Positions 1-9,956 of a stretch of DNA of 32,000 nucleotides are shown here, piece by piece. The DNA is taken from NCBI RefSeq assembly GCF_014078525.1, contig NZ_MU078695.1, positions 68,851 to 100,850 of the forward strand. Direction: 5' to 3'. Origin of the DNA: Nitrosopumilus sp. b3. GTDB taxonomy: Archaea; Thermoproteota; Nitrososphaeria; Nitrososphaerales; Nitrosopumilaceae. The notes under the pieces are model-generated. The model searched no databases, was not told the DNA's origin, and saw only the letters and a list, made by a program, of their open reading frames with translations. Position 1 is the first letter of the stretch, and the number at the start of each line of letters is the position of its first letter. The position numbers and the translations under genes are program-made.

Positions 1-138
1 GCTACCAAGTATGCAGAAACTGTGAGTATTGGAGCATCTGCGACAAGAAGGAGAATGAGGAGTAATTATTTTCACTTGTTACTTTGGATTTTGTAAGAAT
101 CGTCACCTATATCTTCACACAAAAAGAGTTATGATAAT

Positions 139-3100
139 ATGACAACCGCAAACGATCTTTTCAACCCAAAGACGATCAGGCGTTTGTGTTCAGATGTAAA
201 AATTTCTACCAAACAAAAAAAGGCTGCAAGTGAATGGCTGAAGCTGTTAGAAAGCGGACAGTTAGAAAAAGAAAAGCAGAATTATTTCAAATTCGGACTG
301 ATTGTTCTAAAAGATCTCCTTGGATATCCTGTCAAAGAAGATATGGGGTATGAGGAAGGCAATGTAGAATTTACGTTTTCAAATAATGAAGGCAAAAAGA
401 TAGTTTGTTTCGAAGCCAAGGGAACAAAAACAAAGGATCTGTTTGCGCCACAGTATAGAGACAAGAAGGAACACTCCACTCCTGTGAAACAGACATGGGA
501 TTACATGGGTATACTCAATCTTGATTACGGAATAGCCACAAACTACGAACAGTTTGTGCTTATAGACAAAGGCAAAGGAACATCAAAGTTTCATTCATTC
601 CACTTCAAAGACATCAAGAAGGATGAAGAGAAATTAAGAGAATTCATTGCAATCTTTTCTAAAAGCAGTATCATAGACAACAAATTCGTCACCACTCTTT
701 ATGATCAGTCAGTTATAGAAGAAAAAGAGTTCACCAAACAGTTCTACAGATTATTCCATGAGACTCGCCTTATGTTGATTAAAGAATTTCAAAGTAATGG
801 AGAGATTCAGAGAGACGAAGCAATCCATTATGCACAGTTGTTTTTGAATCGAATGGTGTTCATCTTCTTTGCAGAAGACACCGGAAAAGTTCCACAGAGA
901 CTAATTCGGGATCAGATATTGAAAGTACTAGACGCAGTTCCAGTGTCAGAGCATTCAAAATATGCATACGACACGATTTTTTCACTTTTTGAAAGTCTTG
1001 ACAAGGGGTCGAACACGCCAGTACAAATTTTTGGTTTTAACGGAGGTCTGTTCCAAGACAAAATCCCTCCAAGATTTTATGTTAAAGATTTAACACCTTC
1101 TGGATTTTTCAAGAAAGAATATCAGAATTCGGAGTTAAAGAAGAAAGTAAAGTTAGACGAATTTGCGGAGAAGGTTATAAAAAAATATCAAAACAGAATC
1201 AATCCCATAATCACTAATTTACTTTACATGTCTTCATTTGATTTCAATACGGAGTTAAACGTAAACATCCTTGGGCATATTTTTGAACAGTCACTAACAG
1301 ATCTTGAAGAATTACAGGAGACAAAAATCTCAAAACGAAAGATTGAGGGAATTTTTTATACTCCCGAATATGTCACAGACTTCATTTGCAGGAATGCAAT
1401 TATTCGTCATTTGTCAAAGAATAATGCTTCCAACATAGAAGATTTGATAAAAGAGTATTCAGAAGATATCGGACAACTAGAAGAGAAATTCAAGGGAATC
1501 AAAATTCTTGATCCAGCATGTGGCTCTGGTGCATTCTTGTTAAAGGCCGTTGATATATTGTTAGAAATTCACAAACAAATTCAGACGTACAAAGAATTCA
1601 AAGGACAGTACAGTATTTCCATGAAAGGTAAGAAAGACAAGAAGATATCAGAGCAGTTTACACTTTCAAAATGGAATGAAGAAAGTGAGGCAAAAAAGAT
1701 TATTGAAAGTAATATTTTTGGAGTAGATGTCAATCAAGAATCGACAGAGATCACTAAACTGAGTTTGTTCTTGAAAATAGCCACAGGTAACCGTAAATTA
1801 ATTGATTTATCAAAAAACATTCGAGTCGGAAATAGCCTAATCGACGATAAAAAAGTAGATTCCAAGGCATTCGATTGGAAAAAAGAATTCAAGGAGATTT
1901 TTGATAAGGGTGGATTCGATATTGTGATTGGAAATCCTCCATATCTAAGAATACAGGGATTGCATGAAGGCCACGAACATACCACAAAATTTATCGAAAA
2001 AAACTTCCATTCCGCTACAGGGAGATATGATTTCTATGTTTTGTTCATAGAGAAAGGTTCAACATTATTGAAGAAAGATGGTTATCTAGGGTTCATTGTT
2101 CCTCATAAATTTACTGCAGCGCAGTTTGGTTCAGGAATTCGAGACTTCTTGAAAAAAAATAAGTTAATCGACACTTTCATCAGTTTTGGACACAATTTTG
2201 TTTTTGAAGATGTGACAACTTACACAGGCATACTAATCTTGAAGAATTCCATACATGACAAATTTTTCTTTAAAGAAATTGGCAAGTTATCATCAGGTTC
2301 GATTGAAAGTGAATTATCCCTAATTCATAGAAATGATTTTTCACAAATATCGTTTGATTCATTGTCTGAGAAACCTTGGAGTTTGCAATCCGATTCACAT
2401 CAAGGCATTACCAAAAAAATCAATGAAGCAGGACCTCCGATTACAGAACATTTTGACAAAGTTCTTCAGGGAGTAATTACAGGAGATGATGAAATCTATT
2501 TCCTGTCTTTAACCAAAGACAAGGGAAAAACGGCAATGTTTCATTCTTTGAAAGCAAATTCAGAAGTAGAATTAGAAAAGGAATTGTTAAGACCAGTATT
2601 GGGAGGAGAGGACGTAAAACGATTCAAGGAGATAAAACCAAAGCAGTATGTAATTTATCCATATGTAGTAGAGTCTGGAAAGCAGAGGGTTTTGGAAGAA
2701 TCAGAGTTGAAGAAGAAATATCCTTTGGTTTATGATTATTTGTTAAAATTTAAACCATATTTGATTGACCTGAGAAAGCGTTTCAAAACAAATCCCAAAT
2801 TCTGGTACGGTTTACACAGATCACGTCAGTTAAGTTGGTTTGAACAAGAGAAAGTAATGACGCCTGAAATATCCCTTGGATGCAATATGACGCTAGATAA
2901 CGAAGGACATGTACACAATACCCAAGTATACAGTTTCATACGCAATACAGAAAACAAAATCGATAACAAGTACTTTTTAGCGATTCTAAATTCAAAGATA
3001 TCTTGGTTCTATTTGAAAGGCAGTGGAAATGTTTTACGTGGAGGATATCTTAGATTCAAATCAAAGTATCTCGAGCCATTCTGCATACCAGTTCCAGACA

Positions 3101-3483
3101 AAAAAGTAGAGAAAAAACTAGTTGATAAAATGACAGACAGGTTAGACAGACAGAAAAAGTTTGATGATAAATATTCTAAATTCATAAACTTAGTAAAAAT
3201 TAATTTCAAGCTTGACAAGATTCCATCGTCGATTAACAAATTCTATCAAGACAGTTTTGAAGCCATGCTTACTTCGTTAGAAAGTGAAACAAGGGTAAAG
3301 ATTGGCATAAAAGACAAGTCAGAACTGATGGATATTTTCGAGTCAGCTTCAAAAGATTTGTTAAAAATAAAATCAGAGATTTTTGAAATAGATGACGAAG
3401 TAAATGGGATTGTTTACAAACTTTACAATTTGGATGAAAGTGAAATCATGGAAGTAGAAAAAAACTATCCTGAAGTTAATTGA
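139..3483 (+). CDS. Type IIG (Eco57I/MmeI-like) fused restriction endonuclease / N6-adenine DNA methyltransferase
   Basis: 1114-aa ORF. N-terminal PD-(D/E)xK-like 'NVEF...CFEAKG'. Methyltransferase motif I 'ILDPACGSGAFL' and motif IV 'VIGNPPY' (NPPY). Long C-terminal region consistent with a target-recognition domain. Confidence 0.85.
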   Translation: MTTANDLFNPKTIRRLCSDVKISTKQKKAASEWLKLLESGQLEKEKQNYFKFGLIVLKDLLGYPVKEDMGYEEGNVEFTFSNNEGKKIVCFEAKGTKTKDLFAPQYRDKKEHSTPVKQTWDYMGILNLDYGIATNYEQFVLIDKGKGTSKFHSFHFKDIKKDEEKLREFIAIFSKSSIIDNKFVTTLYDQSVIEEKEFTKQFYRLFHETRLMLIKEFQSNGEIQRDEAIHYAQLFLNRMVFIFFAEDTGKVPQRLIRDQILKVLDAVPVSEHSKYAYDTIFSLFESLDKGSNTPVQIFGFNGGLFQDKIPPRFYVKDLTPSGFFKKEYQNSELKKKVKLDEFAEKVIKKYQNRINPIITNLLYMSSFDFNTELNVNILGHIFEQSLTDLEELQETKISKRKIEGIFYTPEYVTDFICRNAIIRHLSKNNASNIEDLIKEYSEDIGQLEEKFKGIKILDPACGSGAFLLKAVDILLEIHKQIQTYKEFKGQYSISMKGKKDKKISEQFTLSKWNEESEAKKIIESNIFGVDVNQESTEITKLSLFLKIATGNRKLIDLSKNIRVGNSLIDDKKVDSKAFDWKKEFKEIFDKGGFDIVIGNPPYLRIQGLHEGHEHTTKFIEKNFHSATGRYDFYVLFIEKGSTLLKKDGYLGFIVPHKFTAAQFGSGIRDFLKKNKLIDTFISFGHNFVFEDVTTYTGILILKNSIHDKFFFKEIGKLSSGSIESELSLIHRNDFSQISFDSLSEKPWSLQSDSHQGITKKINEAGPPITEHFDKVLQGVITGDDEIYFLSLTKDKGKTAMFHSLKANSEVELEKELLRPVLGGEDVKRFKEIKPKQYVIYPYVVESGKQRVLEESELKKKYPLVYDYLLKFKPYLIDLRKRFKTNPKFWYGLHRSRQLSWFEQEKVMTPEISLGCNMTLDNEGHVHNTQVYSFIRNTENKIDNKYFLAILNSKISWFYLKGSGNVLRGGYLRFKSKYLEPFCIPVPDKKVEKKLVDKMTDRLDRQKKFDDKYSKFINLVKINFKLDKIPSSINKFYQDSFEAMLTSLESETRVKIGIKDKSELMDIFESASKDLLKIKSEIFEIDDEVNGIVYKLYNLDESEIMEVEKNYPEVN

Positions 3484-3553
3484 AATACATAATGTTCAGA
3501 TATTTGAGAAAATGGGAAAGAATTTGAAGAAGCAATCCTAACTGAAATATACC

Positions 3554-4441
3554 ATGTCAATGCAGTATTTTCAACTATCGCAGTCTCTAGACCTTATTTT
3601 ACAGAAAGTCAACAACATCCACGGACTCCGTTTCTTGTATAATATAGCGAAAAAGGGAGCAAACAAGGATGAACAAGATGACCTTGAATTAATAGAGTCG
3701 GTCACAAAACCTTTCTTTGATCCTTATACTGAAAGCAGACAGTTGTTTACACAGTGGATGATTGACAGTGATATCTACATATCAGCCACCAATTTTGACA
3801 AGGATAACTTTCTCAAACGATTTGTAAAACAAAGAGACAAGGTTCAAACAGAATTTGATAAAATCAAACCGAATTCCAACAAACTGGCTGAAAAAGTAGG
3901 AGAATTAAAAATTCACTTAGATGCATTGGAAAGACACGGTACACGAAAAGCCGTCATCTCAAGCATTAAGCAAAAAAGTACCCCCCAACTAGAAGATACA
4001 ATAATTCTTGAGAAAGGCAAAACAGTGGATATCCTAAAGCAAGTATCTGAAATTTTCAATGGATCCGCAAGATTTCTCAAAGTCATGGACAAGTGGGCAG
4101 GCGTAAAAATGCTAGATTATTTCGTGTCAGTTCCAGAAATTCCCATAAAAATCCTGACATCTAATCTTGAAAAGAAAAGTGAAATTGAATTTCAAGTGAT
4201 GCTAAACAGAATAAACGAAACCCGTTCCAATAAAATCGAAGTGCGTGTATGTGATCCTAAAGAATTTCATGACAGATACATCATTAATGAAAAAGACTTG
4301 TGGATGATTGGTTCTTCGTTGAAAGATGTTGGATATAAGAACTGGACTACCATCACTAGGACAAATGACAATGAAAAGAGAGGAGACATCAACAACATAT
4401 TCGATGATTTGTGGAAAAAATCATCGGTCTTTTCGTTTTAA
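3554..4441 (+). CDS. Hypothetical protein with C-terminal 'HDR'-motif domain (possibly PLD-fold, MIT_C-like)
   Basis: 295-aa ORF 70 nt downstream of the RM gene on the same strand. The C-terminal 'FHDRYIINEKDLWMIGSSLKDVG' recalls the HDR...G..L signature I remember for MIT_C/PLD-like domains; this assignment is low confidence. Confidence 0.6.
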   Translation: MSMQYFQLSQSLDLILQKVNNIHGLRFLYNIAKKGANKDEQDDLELIESVTKPFFDPYTESRQLFTQWMIDSDIYISATNFDKDNFLKRFVKQRDKVQTEFDKIKPNSNKLAEKVGELKIHLDALERHGTRKAVISSIKQKSTPQLEDTIILEKGKTVDILKQVSEIFNGSARFLKVMDKWAGVKMLDYFVSVPEIPIKILTSNLEKKSEIEFQVMLNRINETRSNKIEVRVCDPKEFHDRYIINEKDLWMIGSSLKDVGYKNWTTITRTNDNEKRGDINNIFDDLWKKSSVFSF

Positions 4442-5355
4442 GAATTCTTTCTAGGATCAATACCTATCTCAAGCATTCTTTGTATGATTTCATATGAAAA
4501 TTTTTCAGCAGTTGTTTTTTCCAATAAGATATTCTTGTATGGATCACTGTCAAAACTCCAATTATTCACACATGACAAATGCTTGAAAAAACCCAAAAAC
4601 AAAGCAGGGATTTTTAACTCGAAGTCCATAATATTTTCTAAATTGAGCAGTATTTTGTGATTTACAAAATCATATTCAACAATCATATCGCCATTTATTT
4701 CTGTGTCAATTTTTGCAGGAAAAATCCCATAGTATTCTGAAAGGAGGATGTTTGCATCATCATAATTTTCAAGCAACATCTCTGTAACATATTTTCTGAT
4801 TATGTCATCAGAGGGAATCTTGTATCCTGTGTATTTGTTTGTCCTAGTACCATATGCTGCAAGTATAGGATTGTCTTGGTTGTCAAAATTTATTTTTCCT
4901 TTATAGATGGCAAGTTCTTGATCATGTCTTGAACCAGGTTTTATAATATCTTCAGATTTTTCTTTTATGATTTTGTATGCATCTTGGACAAATTCCTCCC
5001 ATGTATCATAATCTTCAGGCAAAATCATTTCATCCCAAGCAAGAATAAGACAGTTGTTGTTATCTGCTATTTTTTGTCTAATTTTTTGGTGCCATGAGGA
5101 ACCATTGAACTTTCCTTCATCTATAAAATCTTCCAGATCATCACGCACATACTTTGCAATGGCCTGTGCATTTTTCCTGTCAATCTTTTTTCTATCTCTT
5201 CTCCAAATTAGAATATAACAAGAGTGCGGTAGAGTAAACTTGAAGTCAATATATTCCCAAGTACCGCCGGAATTCAACTCGTCGGTTATGTGCATGTCAT
5301 GAATGGTCCCATATTCATCCGCAAATGCTAAAACATATGCATCGTCCGTGTACAT
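4438..5355 (-). CDS. Hypothetical protein (305 aa), no recognisable motifs
   Basis: Long uninterrupted ORF convergent with 3554..4441; the two stop codons overlap (TTAA at 4438-4441). Acidic, no TM segments. Confidence 0.6.
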   Translation of the reverse strand: MYTDDAYVLAFADEYGTIHDMHITDELNSGGTWEYIDFKFTLPHSCYILIWRRDRKKIDRKNAQAIAKYVRDDLEDFIDEGKFNGSSWHQKIRQKIADNNNCLILAWDEMILPEDYDTWEEFVQDAYKIIKEKSEDIIKPGSRHDQELAIYKGKINFDNQDNPILAAYGTRTNKYTGYKIPSDDIIRKYVTEMLLENYDDANILLSEYYGIFPAKIDTEINGDMIVEYDFVNHKILLNLENIMDFELKIPALFLGFFKHLSCVNNWSFDSDPYKNILLEKTTAEKFSYEIIQRMLEIGIDPRKNS

Positions 5356-5433
5356 GTTTTATCAAATGGTCTCAGAATCAAATATTTTGCGAATAATGTC
5401 TAATCTTATATAGAAAATACAGTAACTTTCAGT

Positions 5434-5631
5434 ATGGCAACAAAGTATAGTATTCATGTTAAAAAAGACGGCAAATTCTATGTCGGGTATTGTATTGAGA
5501 TTCCACAGGCAAGAGGACAAGGCAATACCAGAGCAGAAGCAATTGCGGACACAAAAGAAGCCATAAAAATTTGCAAGTCATATTTATCGTCTAAAAGAAA
5601 ATCCACCAAAGCTGTTACCGTAACGATTTGA
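5434..5631 (+). CDS. hicB: HicB-like antitoxin (UPF0150 family)
   Basis: 65 aa. 'YSIHVKKDGKFYVGYCIEIPQARGQGNTRAEAIADTKEAI' matches the typical HicB N-terminal fold pattern. TATA-like 'TTATATA' about 27 nt upstream of the ATG. Overlaps the downstream toxin gene. Confidence 0.8.
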   Translation: MATKYSIHVKKDGKFYVGYCIEIPQARGQGNTRAEAIADTKEAIKICKSYLSSKRKSTKAVTVTI

Positions 5632-5843
5632 GTCTTCCTGTTTTGGGGTGGCGCGAAGTTTTGGGTGCGCTGAAGAAAAAAGGATTTTATCCATCACGCC
5701 AAAGAGGCAGCCACATCATAGTTGAAAATGGTCAAGGTTTATGGTCCTCAGTCCCACGTAAAGATGAGCTTGGGAAAGGACTGCTCTTGGCAATAATAAA
5801 TGATTGTGGTCTTACCAAAGAAGAGTTTTTGGAATTGCTATAG
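5628..5843 (+). CDS. hicA: HicA-like mRNA interferase toxin (YcfA family)
   Basis: 71 aa. '...LKKKGFYPSRQRGSHIIVEN...' is the characteristic HicA core with GSH. TTG start overlaps the hicB stop (TTGA). Confidence 0.8.
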   Translation: MSLPVLGWREVLGALKKKGFYPSRQRGSHIIVENGQGLWSSVPRKDELGKGLLLAIINDCGLTKEEFLELL

Positions 5844-5866
5844 ATACAATTTGATGTTTTGTTTTC

Positions 5867-8800
5867 CTAGTCTGACGAGCTTGAATACAATATGTTTGCA
5901 ATGTCTATCATGCTGTCAAATACTGACTTACAAAATATGTTGATCTCTTTTTCAGAAATAGTAATTTTATTTTTGTTCAAGATAGAACTCACAATATCGA
6001 TTAATTCTACTAGCGTTCCTTGGTCGTTGCTTTGATGTTTCATGTAGATGGTTTTTGCAAGTTCGGTATTCTCTGAAACATTGTAATGTCTTTTTAATTC
6101 TCTATCAAAGCCCCCATTATTTGAAATATTTTGAAATGCCTTTTCAGAAGAAATGATACTGATAACGGAATCTCCTACCAACGATACAATGTTTGTGTTT
6201 TTGTTAAACAGCATTGTAATGATGTCTTGTAATGCAACAGTAGGAGTCTTGTCTTCTTTTGACGATGCTGCAATCTTGATTCTATCTAATACTCCTAGTT
6301 GGGTCTTGACAAGTTCAGAAATTGTTTTAACAGGGTTTTCTCTACTTTCAGCACCACCTAACTCTAGATGTTTGAATGTTAAATCTGACGGAATTACACG
6401 AATCAAGTTGTATGTGAATTGCAAGTTTGTTTCACTAGGATTATCTTTTTCAAACTTTTTTTCTGCGTGTTTAAAGGCATTATGGAATAAAGTAGTAAAG
6501 TTCCCAAAATCTTTGATATTCATAGGGATGATGCCAATTCGAGTGGATGCTCCTGAGGTTTTATCTAGAATTAACATGTTCTTGTATCTATCATCATTAT
6601 TGATTCTTGCTAGCTCTTCGCATGAATCTTTCATATAATCATCAATGATCGGCATTACTCTTCCGTCACTACGAGTAATCATGTAAGCAGAAATCATCTG
6701 AGATGTTAATGCATGCTCAATAAAGTCTACGCTGATTTGAGTAGTCATCACATTGGCCAAAGCCATCTGAGTCTTTTCAAGTAACTTACGGTACTTGTCA
6801 TCTGTAGACATACTCTCAAGTTTTGAATCAATTTTGTCAAATCTAACTCCGGCTAGCTCTTTTGTGCTTCCAAAAAGCACACCCTTTTGCAATTCTGCAG
6901 TAAAGTCCACTAATCCGTTGAACTTGGTAATATCTCCCGAAAATACTTGCATACAAATTTTGCCAAGAGTTATTTTTTCATGTCCAAATTGTTTTTCAAA
7001 TCCATGCCTTTCCATCCATGCATAGAGAGTCTTTACAGTCAACTCATGAACTGACGCTGCTTTACATGATTCTTCTCTTGCAACATCAAAGTACTGGGTA
7101 AAGAATAATACAAGTGATGAGAAAACAAGTGCATCCATTTCATTTTCAGTCATTGTTTTCCACTGTTGATTTGCTATGATGTGCTTTGATAACAAAAGCA
7201 TTGACAAAAATCTTGATTTGTTGTTTTCATTTTGAAAAACTTCTATGATTTTCTCAACAGATACGTTTCCGGTGTTTTTTATTTCCTGTTCGTTTAGAAA
7301 GTCAACAAAGTTGTTCATGTCGGCTATGAGTCTTTTGTGAAATTCAAATGATGTCGATAGATCATCTAATAAGAAGTCATTTTTTGAATGCATCAGTTTG
7401 ACAAGAAGGATTTTCTGATTTTCTGTAATGTTGTTAAAGACGGATAAAGGATCTTCTATCAAAATCTCTGCCAATCCCAAAGTTAAGTTATTATCAATGA
7501 TTTTCTTGTACAGCGTCTTTCTCTCTGTTCTCAGTTGAATGTAATCATAGTAGAAAAGAAGAATGATTTCTTTTTTGATGCCGATTTTACTTGCAAGTCC
7601 TTCAGAAATATCTTCTTCTAAATTATCCCCACTAAACAGAATTTTATCAAAGTAATCCAGTCTGATTTTTTCTGGTATTGGATTATTTCGTGCCTCCAAT
7701 GCAAACGCAATCAGATTTTTGATTCTGACATTTGATTGAATTTGTTCAACGATCTTGGATTCCATTGAAGATAAATTGAACTCTGACTGTTTTGAGATCA
7801 CTTTACGACAGATATTTTTGAGATTTTCTGTGTCTTGATTTTCTAGATGAATTATTCTGTTGTCTACAAACATATCTGCAACAGAGGAAATCATGCTGTC
7901 TTGGGTTCTAGAGGTGCTCCAAATCCTGTTTGATGCCTGAGTTTCACCGATATAGTCAAGGTACACAAGCATAAGCAGCATCGGATTATCTATGGACAGT
8001 ACCTCTGAAACCTTGTTGATCAGTTGTTTGCTCCAGTTATCATAAATTGCAGTGGATGGAAGGAATTGCATAATTTCGTCCTTCTTTTGATTGTTTATGC
8101 TAAATTTTACATCACGAAGAATCTGCAACACTAATTTTTTCTCCTTTTCCAAGTCAGTGTAAAATGCCTCATACAGTTTCAGGAATTCTTTAAGCGAGAA
8201 TGGAGACATTCCAGAAACCATCTCTACAAACGCTCCTTTGTTTTCGTTTTTTGGTTCTATGTTGAACTTGTGCATCAGAATAAAAACTAGTTCATCGACC
8301 TTTTGATCTTGTTTCAGAAGGCTCCAAATGTCTTTCAAATTCGTTTCATTATTTGTATAATCATAATAGCATATTTTCAAAACAAGTTGAGAAACTTGCA
8401 AATGCTTGGAAAGTTTTGACGTTATGCCATCCAACCATTCAGATTCTGTCTGGCTTAAACTACTAAATTTCATCAGTCTCCTTTCAGATTCTTTGTCCAG
8501 TAAGCGGTACTCAGATAAGGCATTGCATAATGACAGAGCAAAGTATTCTTGATTGTGTTTGATGGATTTTCCCGAATAGTATTCCTTTAGTCCCGGGACA
8601 TAGTCTTGTATCACTGCAATATTTTTTGCAAGTCTTTCTTTGATGTCTTGGAAATTTCTTTTGTTTGTAGACAGGTTTGATTCTATTTTGACATCGGATT
8701 CTGGAATTTCGCCTGTCTTTTCATGGAGTCGATTTAGATTGTCATTTTCGTTGTCCCTTGTTCTTATCAAATTCGAGTTAATCGAACTGTTAGTCTTTAT

Positions 8801-9280
8801 GATCAGTATCAGCAGTCCTATGAAAGTAGCTATTCCAGGTATGAGTAATGGATCTATGGGGATTTTTTCGAGTTCAGGATTTATCTGTAGAACATCTAAA
8901 GAAATTACCGCATACAAGGCAAAGAACAATATTCCAAAAATTATCAAAATTGTGATTAATTTCCATTTGATTGATGAAGCGATTTTGTCTAATGCGTTGA
9001 TTGTATCCTTAGTAGTTTTGACTGAAGAACGTATGAAATCGGATGCAGATTGTTTGAACAAATCAAATCGGTGATTGATTTTGTTTACGGATTCATTAAT
9101 TTTGGATTCATTTTTTTCTACATCTTCAAAAAATTTCTCGCTATCTCTCTTGAACTGATCTTCGTTGTTACGGATTTTTTCTTCAGACTCGTCAAGTTCC
9201 TTTTCGCGTTTTCTTAGATCTTCTCCACGAACGTCACGTAATTCGTCTAATTTGTCGCTATTTTCTCTCTCGTTGACCAT
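5867..9280 (-). CDS. Giant hypothetical membrane-anchored protein (1137 aa): N-terminal charged coiled coil, two TM helices, large uncharacterised C-terminal region
   Basis: Uninterrupted 3.4-kb ORF. N-terminal ~95 aa are E/K/D-rich. Hydrophobic stretches 'WKLITILIIFGILFFALYAVISL' and 'LLIPGIATFIGLLILII'. No Walker or nuclease motifs seen by eye. Confidence 0.75.
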   Translation of the reverse strand: MVNERENSDKLDELRDVRGEDLRKREKELDESEEKIRNNEDQFKRDSEKFFEDVEKNESKINESVNKINHRFDLFKQSASDFIRSSVKTTKDTINALDKIASSIKWKLITILIIFGILFFALYAVISLDVLQINPELEKIPIDPLLIPGIATFIGLLILIIKTNSSINSNLIRTRDNENDNLNRLHEKTGEIPESDVKIESNLSTNKRNFQDIKERLAKNIAVIQDYVPGLKEYYSGKSIKHNQEYFALSLCNALSEYRLLDKESERRLMKFSSLSQTESEWLDGITSKLSKHLQVSQLVLKICYYDYTNNETNLKDIWSLLKQDQKVDELVFILMHKFNIEPKNENKGAFVEMVSGMSPFSLKEFLKLYEAFYTDLEKEKKLVLQILRDVKFSINNQKKDEIMQFLPSTAIYDNWSKQLINKVSEVLSIDNPMLLMLVYLDYIGETQASNRIWSTSRTQDSMISSVADMFVDNRIIHLENQDTENLKNICRKVISKQSEFNLSSMESKIVEQIQSNVRIKNLIAFALEARNNPIPEKIRLDYFDKILFSGDNLEEDISEGLASKIGIKKEIILLFYYDYIQLRTERKTLYKKIIDNNLTLGLAEILIEDPLSVFNNITENQKILLVKLMHSKNDFLLDDLSTSFEFHKRLIADMNNFVDFLNEQEIKNTGNVSVEKIIEVFQNENNKSRFLSMLLLSKHIIANQQWKTMTENEMDALVFSSLVLFFTQYFDVAREESCKAASVHELTVKTLYAWMERHGFEKQFGHEKITLGKICMQVFSGDITKFNGLVDFTAELQKGVLFGSTKELAGVRFDKIDSKLESMSTDDKYRKLLEKTQMALANVMTTQISVDFIEHALTSQMISAYMITRSDGRVMPIIDDYMKDSCEELARINNDDRYKNMLILDKTSGASTRIGIIPMNIKDFGNFTTLFHNAFKHAEKKFEKDNPSETNLQFTYNLIRVIPSDLTFKHLELGGAESRENPVKTISELVKTQLGVLDRIKIAASSKEDKTPTVALQDIITMLFNKNTNIVSLVGDSVISIISSEKAFQNISNNGGFDRELKRHYNVSENTELAKTIYMKHQSNDQGTLVELIDIVSSILNKNKITISEKEINIFCKSVFDSMIDIANILYSSSSD

Positions 9281-9322
9281 ACTGCATTTAGAAATTAACG
9301 ATTTAAATCACTATTCATACTA

Positions 9323-9634
9323 TCATAGTTTTTTGTATCTTGTTCTACAAAATGCCTCAAAATCATCATATTTCTTGCATGCGTAGTTGTCCCATCTCTC
9401 CGAGAGTTCTGCGATGTTGTGTCTTTTCCAGTTCTCATATTCTGTCTTTTCAAGCTGCTTGAGCAGAGATTTGTCGTTTGCAATGTCTACTTTTGACATG
9501 ACTATCCAGTTATCAGCGATATATCCGGCAAGAAATCCAAACGTGTCAATCTCGTAGAACATCACTTCCCCAAGCCTTGAATACGGATCGTAGTTTCGGG
9601 CCTCGCCAATTATCATTCCTTTCTCGTTTACCAC
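9323..9634 (-). CDS. Hypothetical protein, paralog of 9957..10400
   Basis: 103 aa. Shares 'IGEA(R/K)NYD..SR.G', 'Y(E/Q)NW(K/R)' and 'F..FCR..Y' blocks with the ORF at 9957..10400. Confidence 0.6.
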   Translation of the reverse strand: MVNEKGMIIGEARNYDPYSRLGEVMFYEIDTFGFLAGYIADNWIVMSKVDIANDKSLLKQLEKTEYENWKRHNIAELSERWDNYACKKYDDFEAFCRTRYKKL

Positions 9635-9650
9635 ATAGCCCTGAATTTTC

Positions 9651-9854
9651 TCATTTTTGATAAAAATCCCTCTTGTACTGTTTGATCATCTTTTGTGCAT
9701 CAGAAAACGAGACAGGCTTCCAGTTTCTATCTTTGATTGCACCATTGTCAATTAGTTCCTCAACGCTGATGTATCCCCACTCTGCCATCTGGTCGTCATT
9801 TAGATTTGCATAGCCAAACGCAAGATTCTGCTTTACATCAAGTTCTGCAATCAA
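9651..9854 (-). CDS. Hypothetical small protein (67 aa, TTG start), possibly the C-terminal part of an interrupted longer gene
   Basis: The ORF has no ATG start. It lies in the same frame as upstream ORF 9957..10433, separated only by one TGA, with no further stop for 102 nt. Confidence 0.4.
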   Translation of the reverse strand: MIAELDVKQNLAFGYANLNDDQMAEWGYISVEELIDNGAIKDRNWKPVSFSDAQKMIKQYKRDFYQK

Positions 9855-9956
9855 CCAATAGAATCCTATTCTATCAATTGACCACTTTTCGTAAATCTTC
9901 TTTTTCTCAAATTCTATTCCATCAGTTTCATACAGTGCAGGAATTTTTTCTGAGAT

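Noticed and set aside
1-99. Partial 3' end of an upstream gene at the window edge
   Set aside because: Two + frames are open: frame 3 ends at 65 with '...CRNCEYWSICDKKENEE*', and frame 1 ends at 96. I cannot decide between them from under 100 nt, so no feature is reported.
84-110. Possible sixth, degenerate copy of the TGTAAG repeat upstream of the RM gene (TTGGATTTTGTAAGAATCGTCACCTAT); another weak candidate lies at 3514-3542
   Set aside because: Only the TTTGTAAG core and a few flanking bases match, and short AT-rich matches of this size occur by chance in 32 kb. It would be worth including in a formal motif scan, but is not countable by eye.
282-3239. Track ORFs antisense to the RM gene (282..479, 1734..1985, 3009..3239)
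   Set aside because: They are fully nested antisense to a motif-supported 1114-aa gene. Their low-complexity Ser/Leu/Phe-rich translations are typical of the reverse frame of AT-rich coding DNA.
6153-9483. Track ORFs antisense to or overlapping the 1137-aa gene and its upstream junction (6153..6638, 6795..7025, 8640..9074, 9165..9386, 9295..9483)
   Set aside because: They are nested in or overlap stronger same-region ORFs. Composition is Ser/Leu/Phe/Ile-rich, with no start context or motifs.
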